A DNA stretch of 63,813 nucleotides, the filler included, from Methanobacteriota archaeon (GTDB lineage Archaea; JACRDV01), in the NCBI GenBank assembly GCA_024860865.1. It is 4 parts of 4 records of this genome, joined end to end, with 100 filler letters (N's around TTAATTAATTAA, not from the genome) between each part and the next. Parts side by side here need not be neighbours in the genome. Positions count along the whole stretch, not along the records: positions 5,645 to 31,578 come from JACRDV010000030.1; positions 31,679 to 60,141 come from JACRDV010000013.1; 2 more parts are not named here. One strand, given 5' to 3'. A model generated the notes under the pieces. That model ran no database searches. It was given only the letters and a program-made list of their open reading frames with translations, and had not been told where the DNA came from. Each line of letters begins with the position of its first letter. Position 1 is the stretch's first letter. Shown piece by piece: positions 28,965 to 38,931 of the stretch. The position numbers and the translations under genes are program-made.

Positions 28965-29546
28965 ATGTTTTCTGAATTTGATCAAAACCTCTTCTTAGCG
29001 ATAAACCAAGGGCTGGCGAATTCATCAATAGACTCTGCTATTATTGGAATCACTTATTTGGGGTCTAAAATAGCTTGGTTTCTGATTACAATGGCGATTT
29101 GGCTTGCTGGAAAAAGGCGGACAGCCATAATTTTGTTAAGTGGATTAGCAATCGGAGCATTTGTTTCTGAATTTCTTAAATTCTTCTTCCCTCGACCACG
29201 GCCATTCGTTGATCTAAATGCTCGGGTTTTAGTTAATAGCTCTCTTTGGGAAGAATCAGTAGAAGAACCCCTCGCTAGTTTTCCAAGCGCACATGTTTTA
29301 GCTTCTTTCGTTGGGGTTAGGGTCTTAGGAAACAAATTCAATAAAAAATGGGGGGTAGGTTTCTACTTGTTAGGTTTCTTTGTGGCTTTCTCGCGGATTT
29401 ATGTTGGGGTTCATTACCCAACTGATGTTATTGCAGGCGCAATTTTTGGACTTTTTATTGGGCAGTTGGTTTTGAAAATAGAACCATTAATTGAAAAGGC
29501 ATGTAAAAAATTGAAGCTTGAAAAATTGTGCGAGGATAAAATTTGA
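28965..29546 (+). CDS. PAP2-family phosphatase
   Basis: KFFFPRPRP, SFPSAH, SRIYVGVHYPTDV. Confidence 0.93.
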   Translation: MFSEFDQNLFLAINQGLANSSIDSAIIGITYLGSKIAWFLITMAIWLAGKRRTAIILLSGLAIGAFVSEFLKFFFPRPRPFVDLNARVLVNSSLWEESVEEPLASFPSAHVLASFVGVRVLGNKFNKKWGVGFYLLGFFVAFSRIYVGVHYPTDVIAGAIFGLFIGQLVLKIEPLIEKACKKLKLEKLCEDKI

Positions 29547-30082
29547 AGAATATAGTCATAACTGGGCCACCAGGTATTGGAAAAACATCAATTTGTCAAA
29601 AAGTGATTGAAAGTTTGAAATCAAAGGATTTTAAGGTTGGCGGCATGCTTTCTTCTGAAGTTCGAGAGAAAGGTTCTAGAGTTGGTTTTAAAATTCTTAA
29701 TATTTCCACTAACCAAGAAGGTTGGTTAGCTCATATTAACCAGAAAGTTGGGCCTCAGGTATCAAAATATAGGGTTATTTTGGAGGATATTGAAAAGATT
29801 GGAACAAAAGCAATTGAAAAAGCTATTGAAGAAGCTGATGTTATTCTTATCGACGAGCTCGGCCCAATGGAATTATACTGCGATTCATTTAAAGAAACTG
29901 CTCAACGAGCTTTTGACTCAAATAAGCCGGTATTGGCCACTATCCATTATAGATCAACACACCCATTTATAAAAAATATTAAAGAAAGAAAAGATGTGGA
30001 GTTAATTTTAATTGATTTGGAGAATAGAGAAAAATTGCCGGAGGAAATATTCAAAAAGTTGCTCAGAAATCTTAAAAAGTAA
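29543..30082 (+). CDS. NTPase (THEP1 family)
   Basis: ITGPPGIGKT, IDELGPME. Confidence 0.93.
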   Translation: MKNIVITGPPGIGKTSICQKVIESLKSKDFKVGGMLSSEVREKGSRVGFKILNISTNQEGWLAHINQKVGPQVSKYRVILEDIEKIGTKAIEKAIEEADVILIDELGPMELYCDSFKETAQRAFDSNKPVLATIHYRSTHPFIKNIKERKDVELILIDLENREKLPEEIFKKLLRNLKK

Positions 30083-30093
30083 CAGGTGATTAT

Positions 30094-30357
30094 ATGCTAG
30101 GTGTAATAGTAAACTATGTCGGATCTCATAAACACCAGAAACCATTTCAATACATAATTAAGCCCGAAAGAGTATCATCGAAAAATGAAGCTGCGAAGTT
30201 AATTGGCAAAAAAGTTCAATGGAAACAGCCAAAATCTAACAAGGCATTCATTGGTAAAATAATAGATGTCCATGGAAATAATGGAGCTGTGCGAGTTAGA
30301 TTTAATAAGGGCTTACCAGGTCAAGCTATTGGCTCTTCAATTCAAATATTTGAGTGA
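30094..30357 (+). CDS. rpl35ae: 50S ribosomal protein L35Ae
   Basis: AAKLIGKKV.W, GKIIDVHGNNGAVRVRF..GLPGQAIG. Confidence 0.93.
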   Translation: MLGVIVNYVGSHKHQKPFQYIIKPERVSSKNEAAKLIGKKVQWKQPKSNKAFIGKIIDVHGNNGAVRVRFNKGLPGQAIGSSIQIFE

Positions 30358-30389
30358 ACTTTTTTAAAGTATTGTTTAAGTGAAAAGAA

Positions 30390-31578
30390 TTGCATGCTCA
30401 TTCAGAACCCATCTATACTACCAAGATAAAAGAAGGTATAACTGAACTAATTGTTCCTAATGCAGATAAATATGTCAAAGCTCCAGGGGAGTATATTCCA
30501 GCAAAACTGCCAGTGTTTTACAATCGGATAATGGAACTTAATAGGGACATTTCTATCGGGGTTATTCAAGCACTTCAGCGAGAAATGAATAAAGAACTTT
30601 ATATTTGTGATTTACTGGCCGCAACAGGGGCTCGTGGAGTTCGGATAGTAAAAGAGATTAGTGGGATTTTTAGAGTTGTTATAAACGATATGAATCCAGT
30701 TGCTATTGAATTAATTAAAGAGAATGTTAAATTTAATCAAATTGAAACGAAAGTTGAAGTCTCGCAAAAAGATGCAGCTTTTCTAATGCTTGAGCACTCT
30801 AAGCGCGGAGTTCGGAAGTTCGATTACATAGATATTGACCCCTTCGGAACTCCAGTTCCATTCGTTGATCATGCGATCTTTGGTTTATTTCATTTCGGCG
30901 GGATGTTGGGAGTCACTGCAACCGATACGGCTCCTCTATGTGGAGTTTATCCAAAAGCTTGTTTTAGAAAGTATGGATCGATTCCGCTAAGGACTGAATA
31001 TTGTCATGAAATTGGAGTTCGGATTTTAGCAGGGTATCTTGCAAGAACAGCAGCTAAACTTGAAGTTGGACTAAAAATTCGTTTAGTTCATTCAACTGAC
31101 CATTACTTTAGGGTTTATGCTATAGTTGAACGAGGAGCTCAGTTAGCAGAAAAAACAATTGAACAGCTCGGGTATATTGTTCATTGTTTCAAATGTGGAT
31201 ACAGAGAATTAACCTCAAAGTTAACCCAAATTCTGCCGAATCGATGTCCAAATTGCAATGAAGATCTCAATTTTGCTGGGCCACTGTGGGTCGGTCAATT
31301 ATTTGATAAATCCTTTTGCGAAAAAGTATTATCTGAAATAACAGGCAGGGAATTAGGACAAAAGAAAAAAGCGATCAAAATTTTTTGTCAAATTCTAGAA
31401 GAAGCTGAAGCTCCCCCTACATACTATGATTTGCACAAACTCTGTCAAGAACTAAAAATCTCTCCGCCAAAACTTGAGATAATAATCCAAAAATTAAAAG
31501 AACGGGGTTATAAGGTAACAATAACTCATTTTAAAGAAAACTGCATTAGAACAAATGCAAATAGCAAAGAGTTGAAAA
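30390..31578 (+). CDS. trm1: tRNA (guanine26-N2)-dimethyltransferase, truncated at contig end
   Basis: VFYN..MELNRD, ATGARGVR, DIDPFGTP, VTATD, GPLWVG. Confidence 0.95.
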
Positions 31579-31678
31579 NNNNNNNNNNNNNNNNNNNNNN
31601 NNNNNNNNNNNNNNNNNNNNNNTTAATTAATTAANNNNNNNNNNNNNNNNNNNNNNNNNNNNNNNNNNNNNNNNNNNN
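31579..31678. other. Artificial contig linker
   Basis: 44 N + TTAATTAATTAA + 44 N. Confidence 0.98.
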
Positions 31679-31794
31679 AGAAGAATCTAAGCAAGAGCGA
31701 TTATGTAACCATTCTCTCCGCCCTTCTTAAGCTTGGTGTTAATTGTTAAGCTAAGCTCTCGGTCGCACTCCATTTATTTCTTCTTTTATGCAAA

Positions 31795-32907
31795 TTATAC
31801 TAACTGCTTCCTATCCTTTAGCTTTTCTAACACCTTCGGCAATGTAGTATATTCCATTTCTTCGGGGCCTAAACGGGCAGGCATAAATTCGCCCATTCTT
31901 CTCATAAATGCAGTGATATCATTTGCTATAGCTCTAGCTCTATCGAATGCTGGGTCGTCAAATAAGTCAGCCGGCTCTTCTCCACGAAGTCCGACCAGTT
32001 GCCCATTAGATAAGTTAAAGCCAAGAGCAACAACTCGAGGAGGTCCATCGAAAACGGTGCACACAGCATTTTTAAGTGATACCGGCATAATTGGACCATA
32101 ATGACTTCCCCTCATAAATCCGGGAACGAGCCAAGGTTCGCTGAATGCTACAAGTACTTCGCCCACGGCAGGAAGACCATGTTGCATCCTTATTATCATA
32201 CATGGGTCATCTTTTCCCACATACTTTCCAGCTATAAGTGAAAGACGTGTTGTGCTTGAAACAGCAGCTAGTAGCTTATCATCAGCTCGATACACTCTTT
32301 CAATTACGTAACGTTCTGTTGTTCCGATTAAGGTAATAAGGTCATACATTTCCGCTGGACATGCTAAATCTACATGCTTTCCCTCCTTAACATCAAGAAC
32401 TCTAAATATAAATCCTCCATGCATCTTTGGGTCAATTATGAGCCCTGCAGTATTTGACGGGTCACCAAAGATTCTGAATAGCGGTAAGTTAAATCCGCCC
32501 GTACTTGTTTTGTCCGCCGCGACCACTATAAACGGCTCACTTATCCTTTCTTCAATTTCCATCTCAGCTACCCCTGGCCCCATACCTTTAACTGTTCCTG
32601 CAAAAGCCTCTTTAAGCAAATCTTGTCCAGCAGCATATAGCTTTAATGGCTTTGAAACTTTTTCTGTAACTTCTTTAAATGTATCCCAAGCTAATTTGTG
32701 TATTTCAGGGTTGTTCTCGCCTTTTGTATGCACCATGAGAAGTTCAAGATCGTCCCCGCAGTTGAATACATAGTGATCAATGATTAAACCATTTTTTTCC
32801 GCTTCTTCTAAGGATTGTTTTGCAACTTCGATTTGCTTAGGTATGACTATATGATGACCAGCTAGGGAACCTACATCTGCTTTGATTAAAGATATTGTTA
32901 CTTTCAT
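31795..32907 (-). CDS. fbp: Fructose-1,6-bisphosphate aldolase/phosphatase
   Basis: IKADVGS..GH, GDD, YAAGQDLL, GKYVGKDDP, MRGSH, EMEYTTLP. Confidence 0.96.
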   Translation of the reverse strand: MKVTISLIKADVGSLAGHHIVIPKQIEVAKQSLEEAEKNGLIIDHYVFNCGDDLELLMVHTKGENNPEIHKLAWDTFKEVTEKVSKPLKLYAAGQDLLKEAFAGTVKGMGPGVAEMEIEERISEPFIVVAADKTSTGGFNLPLFRIFGDPSNTAGLIIDPKMHGGFIFRVLDVKEGKHVDLACPAEMYDLITLIGTTERYVIERVYRADDKLLAAVSSTTRLSLIAGKYVGKDDPCMIIRMQHGLPAVGEVLVAFSEPWLVPGFMRGSHYGPIMPVSLKNAVCTVFDGPPRVVALGFNLSNGQLVGLRGEEPADLFDDPAFDRARAIANDITAFMRRMGEFMPARLGPEEMEYTTLPKVLEKLKDRKQLV

Positions 32908-32964
32908 TTTTCACCCTCCATTATAAGTCAAAAAACACGATACAATAATTATACTTTATGTCTT

Positions 32965-33846
32965 TTACTTAACTACCGCTCCAACTAAAAACGCGAGAAG
33001 CGCGACCCCCATCCCAAATTTTAAGATTCTCTTGACCTCTGCAGCTCTTGCTGGTGTTGGATTGGACAGTAATAACCCAATTGCAACCAGAAACACTAAA
33101 TCAGCAATTCCCACTACAACTAGATAGCTATACCCAAATAATCTAAGCAAATATGGAAATGGGCTGAGCGCAATGGCTGCTACAAGGAAAATAAGCATGA
33201 TAACGCTGGCTTTAGCCGGGCCAATTAGAACTGGCAAAGTTTTTGCCCCACAGGCTTTGTCGCCAACGTAGTCTTCAATTCCCTTTGCAATTTCACGGCT
33301 GATAGTTGCTAGCATTGCACATAAAGCAAGAATTCCAGCTGCAATTAAGTTGCCAATTGCTGCTCCGCCAAAGAGAAAGGTTGAACCAACAAGATATCCA
33401 ATTGTTATATTTCCAGAAAATCCAGCGCGTTTTAAGCGCGCAGAATACGCAATCAGCAAAACAGAGTTAAACAAAGCAATGAAGAAACAAACTTTTCCAG
33501 CCCAACCTAACCTTGGGTTAATGAATAAGCTAAGGAAAACTCCGTGCGCAAATAAAACTAGGGCAAATATTAAAGCCTCTTTTCGCGTTAGGCGGCCAGA
33601 GGGTATGGGTTTTTGCGATTTATTTATTCTATCAATATCTGTGTCATAGTAATCATTTATTGCATTACCAGCAGCGGAAATCGCTATTGCAACAAATATT
33701 GCTAATGAAATATTTTTAAGATAAACGGAGAAAATCTCTGTGTAATTTACGAGTGAAATGAATCCTCCAAGGAGAACTGCGAGGCCAGCCATTAAGCAAT
33801 TAACCCATCTGCTCAATTCTAGATAAGCTTTAACTTTAAGCAACAC
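32965..33846 (-). CDS. Digeranylgeranylglyceryl phosphate synthase (UbiA family)
   Basis: NDYYDTDIDRIN..PIPSG, REIAKGIEDYVGD. Confidence 0.9.
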   Translation of the reverse strand: MLLKVKAYLELSRWVNCLMAGLAVLLGGFISLVNYTEIFSVYLKNISLAIFVAIAISAAGNAINDYYDTDIDRINKSQKPIPSGRLTRKEALIFALVLFAHGVFLSLFINPRLGWAGKVCFFIALFNSVLLIAYSARLKRAGFSGNITIGYLVGSTFLFGGAAIGNLIAAGILALCAMLATISREIAKGIEDYVGDKACGAKTLPVLIGPAKASVIMLIFLVAAIALSPFPYLLRLFGYSYLVVVGIADLVFLVAIGLLLSNPTPARAAEVKRILKFGMGVALLAFLVGAVVK

Positions 33847-33948
33847 AATTTAGGCCTCGCTTTTCTTTTTTGGCACTACCACTAAAAGAGCAATCTCACA
33901 AATCAGAACTATATAATTCATGTAAAATTATCAAGAGTTAAAGATTTA

Positions 33949-34260
33949 CTAGGTCTTTTCCAATAGTTTTAAAATTATTTCTGCAATTTCTTTACCTTGT
34001 TCGAAATTAGAGGCAGTTGTAATAATGAAGATTTCTTGAACAGAAGCCCCATTTGCAAGCAAAGCTTTGATATTGCCCTTTGAATCGACTCTTGTGACTT
34101 TAAATCTAACTCCGCCGCCACCTTTGGCTCCCTTTGCCTTGATTTGACCAGGTACGACCTTTTTTATATATGGGATCTTTGCAACTTCCAACAGTTTTTC
34201 TAGACCTTTTCGTTCGCCAATAATAGTTGGATGTTTTCCGCAAATTTTGTTTTTAAGCAT
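33949..34260 (-). CDS. DUF2103 family protein
   Basis: GKHPTIIG, IKKVVPG.I, GASVQEIFIIT. Confidence 0.8.
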   Translation of the reverse strand: MLKNKICGKHPTIIGERKGLEKLLEVAKIPYIKKVVPGQIKAKGAKGGGGVRFKVTRVDSKGNIKALLANGASVQEIFIITTASNFEQGKEIAEIILKLLEKT

Positions 34261-34388
34261 AGAACGTCGTTAATGAGACTATTAACTTTTTCTCGGATTT
34301 AAAATTTCTATGATAATCCACAAATAGAAAGAAATCTTGAAAACTGCACTAATTTGAATACTGATGTTGACTTAATGAGAACTTAAAA

Positions 34389-34622
34389 TTATATTACAGT
34401 TGTGATTAGTGTTTCAGTTGATGAAACGCCTGGAATTGCTCTAATTTTGCCCACTACAAGTTGCCCCATAGCTTCAACATCTTCAGTCTCAGCTGTAACT
34501 ACAGCATCCCAACGCCCAAAAACAGCCTTCACATCAGTTACTCCTTTAATATTCTTGATTTTGGCAAGCGCAGCTTTTTCTTTCCCAGCCACGAACCTAA
34601 CTAATACCAAACCTACTGCCAA
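34389..34622 (-). CDS. Stand-alone Lrp/AsnC ligand-binding domain protein
   Basis: VFGRWD.VV, IRAIPGVSSTETLI. Confidence 0.88.
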   Translation of the reverse strand: MAVGLVLVRFVAGKEKAALAKIKNIKGVTDVKAVFGRWDAVVTAETEDVEAMGQLVVGKIRAIPGVSSTETLITTVI

Positions 34623-35224
34623 GGATTTTCACCTCCGATTAGTTTTAATTCATCTTTAACTATGTCTTTTTTTAGGTATTTAATAAGACCTGGCGTGATT
34701 TTTAATTTTTTGCCAATAACTGGAACAGCATATCCCAATTGAATGCTATGATTTTTTCTTATTTTTATTTCAGGGTTTAAGCGAGCTTTTATTTCACTTA
34801 ATTTTTTTCCGCCTTCAATTAACTTTGCCACTAGGATTGCTCCATCTATACTAAATTGGGCTTTGCCAAGGTTTCTTGCTTTAACATTTCTGATTTTTTT
34901 TGTGATGAATTCATGGGTTCTGCCAAGCGGTATAGCTTCACCGAGAATTCCACCAACGACGAGTATTGGATTACTCTTTAAATCCGAGGCTTTGAGCGGT
35001 TTTCTTGCCTTTGGATCAAGCACAATTAACTCAGCTTTTTTAAAGGGCAGCTTAGTTATGCTCTCCGAAAAAGTAGTTCCGATTCTCTGTAGTTTTCCTT
35101 TTGCTAGGTTTTTGACGTTTGAAAAAATTAAGTTTCGTTTGCCAATGAGTTTTGAAGCATATTTATATTCTAACAGCAGCCAAGTTGATAAAACTGGTTC
35201 ACAATGTTCAATTATAACTTTCAT
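34613..35224 (-). CDS. SPOUT methyltransferase (Sfm1/DUF431-like)
   Basis: IIEHCE...W..LEY, LDP.A, VGGILG, RNLG..QFSIDGA. Confidence 0.82.
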   Translation of the reverse strand: MKVIIEHCEPVLSTWLLLEYKYASKLIGKRNLIFSNVKNLAKGKLQRIGTTFSESITKLPFKKAELIVLDPKARKPLKASDLKSNPILVVGGILGEAIPLGRTHEFITKKIRNVKARNLGKAQFSIDGAILVAKLIEGGKKLSEIKARLNPEIKIRKNHSIQLGYAVPVIGKKLKITPGLIKYLKKDIVKDELKLIGGENPWQ

Positions 35225-35254
35225 AGAACTCTCGTTAAAAATTTAAGTTTAAAA

Positions 35255-35497
35255 CTAATGGCCAAGTTTAGTTTGAAGCACTATATTTTCATTTGAAATT
35301 TTTATTTCGCTAAATGGAATCAGAAGCTCCCCGCCCTCTCTTACGCCTATAATTAAGTGCTCACACACTCCATTTGAATTTATCTCAATGTCTTTTACTT
35401 TGCCGATTTCTTTTTCATTCAAATCAATTACATCTTTTCCGTGTATATCTTTTAAATAGCGCGCATTCACTCCAAACACCAGATTAGATTTTTGCAA
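35255..35497 (-). CDS. PRC-barrel domain protein
   Basis: GKDVID...EIGKVKDIEI, LIPFSEI. Confidence 0.82.
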   Translation of the reverse strand: MQKSNLVFGVNARYLKDIHGKDVIDLNEKEIGKVKDIEINSNGVCEHLIIGVREGGELLIPFSEIKISNENIVLQTKLGH

Positions 35498-36284
35498 TAG
35501 GAGGTATCGCTCTTTTATGCCTTGATTTTTTCACCATAGATTTAATGCGTTCGACTTGGCTTAAATCAATGTTTAATTTTGTTGCAATCTCCTTTAGCTG
35601 AAGCCCTCTCTCAAACCCGAGCAAAATTAGGTCTAGGAAGCCATATGTAATCCCAAGCTCACTTTCATCTGTTTGCCCTACCCAGAGGCCGGCAGTTGGA
35701 ATTTTATTTATTATTTTTTTGGGAACTCCTAAATACTCTGCTAATTGTTTCACTTGAGTTTTATATAAACCGCCAATTGGTAAAAAATCTACACCGCCAT
35801 CTCCATACTTGGTAAAGTAGCCGCAAAGCAATTCTGATTTATTTCCTGTTCCAGCGACTAATCGGTCCAGTTTATTTCCATAATAGTAAAGAATCAACAT
35901 TCTAGCGCGGGGCTTAAGATTTCCATAGGCTATTTTATTCTCTGGGTCAAATGCCGGACATGTTTTTTTGAAAGAATTAATAATTGGGTTAATATCGACT
36001 ATTTCATGCTTAATCCCGAGCATTTTTGAAACTTTCATCGCATCTTTAATATCATTTGGATTAGTAACATTTTTTTCCGGCAGAATTAAGCCAAGCACTT
36101 TTTCTTTTCCTAATGCTTTAGCACATAGAACAGCTGTAGTGCTTGAATCGACTCCGCCACTAAGCCCAACTACAACTCCATCTGCATTTGCATTTTTTAC
36201 AACTTTTTGAATAAAGGAAACAATTTTTTTCTCTACCTTTTTTGCATCTATTTTTAGTGTATCGGTAGATATTTCCCGGGACAT
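35484..36284 (-). CDS. nadE: NH3-dependent NAD+ synthetase
   Basis: GLSGGVDS, GTGNKSE, GYFTKYGDG, PTAGLWVGQTDE. Confidence 0.96.
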   Translation of the reverse strand: MSREISTDTLKIDAKKVEKKIVSFIQKVVKNANADGVVVGLSGGVDSSTTAVLCAKALGKEKVLGLILPEKNVTNPNDIKDAMKVSKMLGIKHEIVDINPIINSFKKTCPAFDPENKIAYGNLKPRARMLILYYYGNKLDRLVAGTGNKSELLCGYFTKYGDGGVDFLPIGGLYKTQVKQLAEYLGVPKKIINKIPTAGLWVGQTDESELGITYGFLDLILLGFERGLQLKEIATKLNIDLSQVERIKSMVKKSRHKRAIPPIAKI

Positions 36285-36423
36285 CGCTCAGACATCCTTC
36301 TCTTAATTAAAGGGTTATTAAATTAATACTAGTTGTTATCTACTATAAATCAAATAGTTACTTGACCAACTGACCAAAAACTACTTATTTAAATCTGTTG
36401 TATCAAGCTAAAGGTGGTTAAAC

Positions 36424-36777
36424 TTGGTACGGACACCAAAAGAAAGCGAAAAAAGTATAGTTGAGCTAGTGAAAGCTGAGACAAACCCAAAAATCACTTT
36501 GACGCCGTCTAAGATTGCCTTAAAAACTGGCAGTTCTGTCTATTCATATCATCCAACTGACTCCGATGACTATAAGAAAACCATAGCCGAGATTATCGAT
36601 GTTATCGCTGAAAAGCGCGGAGTTGTTATAAAGCCTGAGGTTAAGGAAGAGGTTAAGGTTGAGGAAAAACTAGAGGAAAAAGAAGCAGAGGCTGAAGAAA
36701 AAGGTGAAAAGAAAAAACCTCGAAAACCCTCGAAAAGAGCAATTAAACGAAAAGAACTTGAAGAGCTAACTAAATAG
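36424..36777 (+). CDS. Hypothetical protein with charged C-terminal tail
   Basis: GGTGG RBS, TTG start; ~65-aa globular part plus E/K-rich tail. Confidence 0.6.
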   Translation: MVRTPKESEKSIVELVKAETNPKITLTPSKIALKTGSSVYSYHPTDSDDYKKTIAEIIDVIAEKRGVVIKPEVKEEVKVEEKLEEKEAEAEEKGEKKKPRKPSKRAIKRKELEELTK

Positions 36778-36882
36778 TCTAAATAATCCAAACTTTTTGG
36801 GATTAATTTTTTCTGCTTTTTTCAGAATAATCTTGTGATTTTAAAAATTAACAAATTCAAAAAGACAAAGAAGTTATTTCGT

Positions 36883-36944
36883 AGTCTCCGATACCCTAGG
36901 GCTCTTCATTTTTTGATCAGCGGTTGTTCGCATCTTCATTGACC
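36883..36944 (-). ncRNA. Archaeal C/D-box methylation guide sRNA
   Basis: Minus strand: GGTC A ATGAAGA [TGCGAACAACCG] CTGA TCAAAAA ATGAAGA [GCCCTAGGGTAT] CGGA GACT; two 12-nt guides; TTAATATA about 25 nt upstream. Confidence 0.85.
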
Positions 36945-36987
36945 AATTGATATCTATATTGGGCCAATATATTAATTTTAGGTAAAC

Positions 36988-38016
36988 TTGCTCAAAGAAG
37001 CCTTGCTCTACAATAAAATAGGCGAAAACAAAGTCAAATGCAATATTTGCGCTCGGAAATGTATAATCGCTGAAGGTGGACGAGGCTTTTGTAGGACTAG
37101 AGAGAACAGAGACGGTATGCTTTTTACACTGATCTATGGAGAAGTCTCCGGCATCTCACTTAATCCTTCTGAGAAAAAGCCCTTTTTTCACTTTTGGCCA
37201 GGGGCTCTCTGGGTTTCAATAGGGACAGTTGGTTGTAATTTCAAATGTCAATTTTGCCAAAACTATGAAATCTCTCAAGCGAGCCCGGAGGATAATATAA
37301 CTCGATTTTACTCGTGTGAAGAGATGGTTGATCTTTGTAAGAGTCATAACTCGCCCGGATTATCCTATACTTTTAATGAGCCAACAATTTGGTTTGAATA
37401 TACATATAATTGTTCGAAGCTAGCTCATAAAAAAGGTTTGCTTAATAATTATGTTACGAATGGTTATATCTCTGCAGAAGCGCTCGAGCTAATTGCTCCT
37501 TATTTAGATGCGATGAATATTGATATTAAAGGTGGAGAGCAATTTTATAAAGAAATTTCTAAAGCACCTGGAAGAATACCAGTTTTTGAAACAGCGAAGC
37601 TTGCAAAAAGGAAGGGAATCCACTTAGAATTTACAACTTTAGTTATACCGGGTAAAAATGATAATGAAAATGATTTGGAAGAAATTGCTCGTTTCATTCG
37701 AAATGAAATCGGAGATTACGCATGGCATATTACTAGATTTTTCCCGCACTACAAAATGACAGACATCCCTCCAACCCCGATCAAAACACTTGAAAGAGCA
37801 CGTCAAATTGGGAAAGAAGAGGGATTAAGTTATGTTTATGTGGGTAACATTCCAGGTCACAAGTTCGAAAATACTTGGTGCCCAAACTGCAATGAGTTAT
37901 TAATCGAACGTTATGTTTTTGATGTAGTGAAATATCAAATCACCCCTGACAAATGTTGCTCTAATTGTGGCAAAAAAATTCCAATTATTGGAGAATTTTT
38001 GAAGTTTAAAACATAA
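36988..38016 (+). CDS. amrS: AmmeMemoRadiSam system radical SAM enzyme
   Basis: CNICARKC, EKKPFFHF.PG, GCNFKCQFCQNYEISQ, YTFNEP, RFFPHY, YVGN. Confidence 0.93.
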   Translation: MLKEALLYNKIGENKVKCNICARKCIIAEGGRGFCRTRENRDGMLFTLIYGEVSGISLNPSEKKPFFHFWPGALWVSIGTVGCNFKCQFCQNYEISQASPEDNITRFYSCEEMVDLCKSHNSPGLSYTFNEPTIWFEYTYNCSKLAHKKGLLNNYVTNGYISAEALELIAPYLDAMNIDIKGGEQFYKEISKAPGRIPVFETAKLAKRKGIHLEFTTLVIPGKNDNENDLEEIARFIRNEIGDYAWHITRFFPHYKMTDIPPTPIKTLERARQIGKEEGLSYVYVGNIPGHKFENTWCPNCNELLIERYVFDVVKYQITPDKCCSNCGKKIPIIGEFLKFKT

Positions 38017-38407
38017 TATTTTTCAATTAGACTTAACTGAAAAGCCTGTGATAATATGGAAATCCTTTCGCTATTTGCTTTAGTTGGAGCAATTATTGTA
38101 CTTGGATTTATTGGAATTTTGATTTTTGAGCGCACACAGGTTCCTGATATTATATGGCTCCTTGCATTTGGCTTGCTAATTGGCCCTATTTTCGGGTTGG
38201 TTGATGTAGTGGTTTTTTCTAAGATAACCCCTTTGCTAGCAGCACTAGCTTTAATAATTATTCTATTTGATGGTGGTCTTAGCATGGACCTTAGAAAATT
38301 TATTTTCCATTCTCCGAGAGGAGTTTTGTTGGCAATAGTAGGTTTCGTATTTAGTATCAAAAAAACTCAAAATGGTTATATAGCCATATATGTTCAAATG
38401 TAGTCGT

Positions 38408-38931
38408 ATGAAACTATCTAATTGGGCGAAATTGCAAGGAATTTCGTATAGAACTACATGGAGGCTATGGAAGGCAGGCAAACTCAACGCTTATCAACTG
38501 CCAACAGGAACGGTCATAGTTAGGGATGAAACGAGACCTTCTTTTCCTGAAAAAGTTTGTATATATGCGAGGGTTTCGAGTAGTGAAAACAAAGATGATC
38601 TTGACCGACAAGCCCAACGACTTAAAGAATATGCTATTGCAAGGATAGCCGAAAGCAACTCAACAAATTGCTTATTGATGGTGGTTACAATACGCTCATT
38701 GTGGAACATAAAGACCGATTAACTCGATTCGGATTCAACTATCTTAATAATTGGTTTGAGAGCATTGGAAAACGGATAGAGGTTGTGAACGAAACGGTTA
38801 ACGATAAGGATGATTTGATGCGAGACCTCGTTTCGATAATAAAATCATTCTGTGCGAGGTTATATGGATTGAGACGAAGCAAACGTAAGACGGAGAAAAT
38901 CATAATGGAGTTGAAGTCTAATGTTGATTAG
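38408..38931 (+). pseudogene. tnpA: IS607 TnpA serine recombinase with internal deletion/frameshift near 38644
   Basis: MerR-like HTH, IYARVSS, DLDRQ; the usual E(I/V)GSG..N segment is missing; continues in another frame as DSRKQLNKLL...EHKDRLTRFGF...DLVSII.SFCARLYG. Confidence 0.88.

Noticed and set aside
38358-38410. Possible IStron (group I intron) in the IS607 element
   Set aside because: Only ~50 nt precede tnpA, too little for a group I catalytic core.
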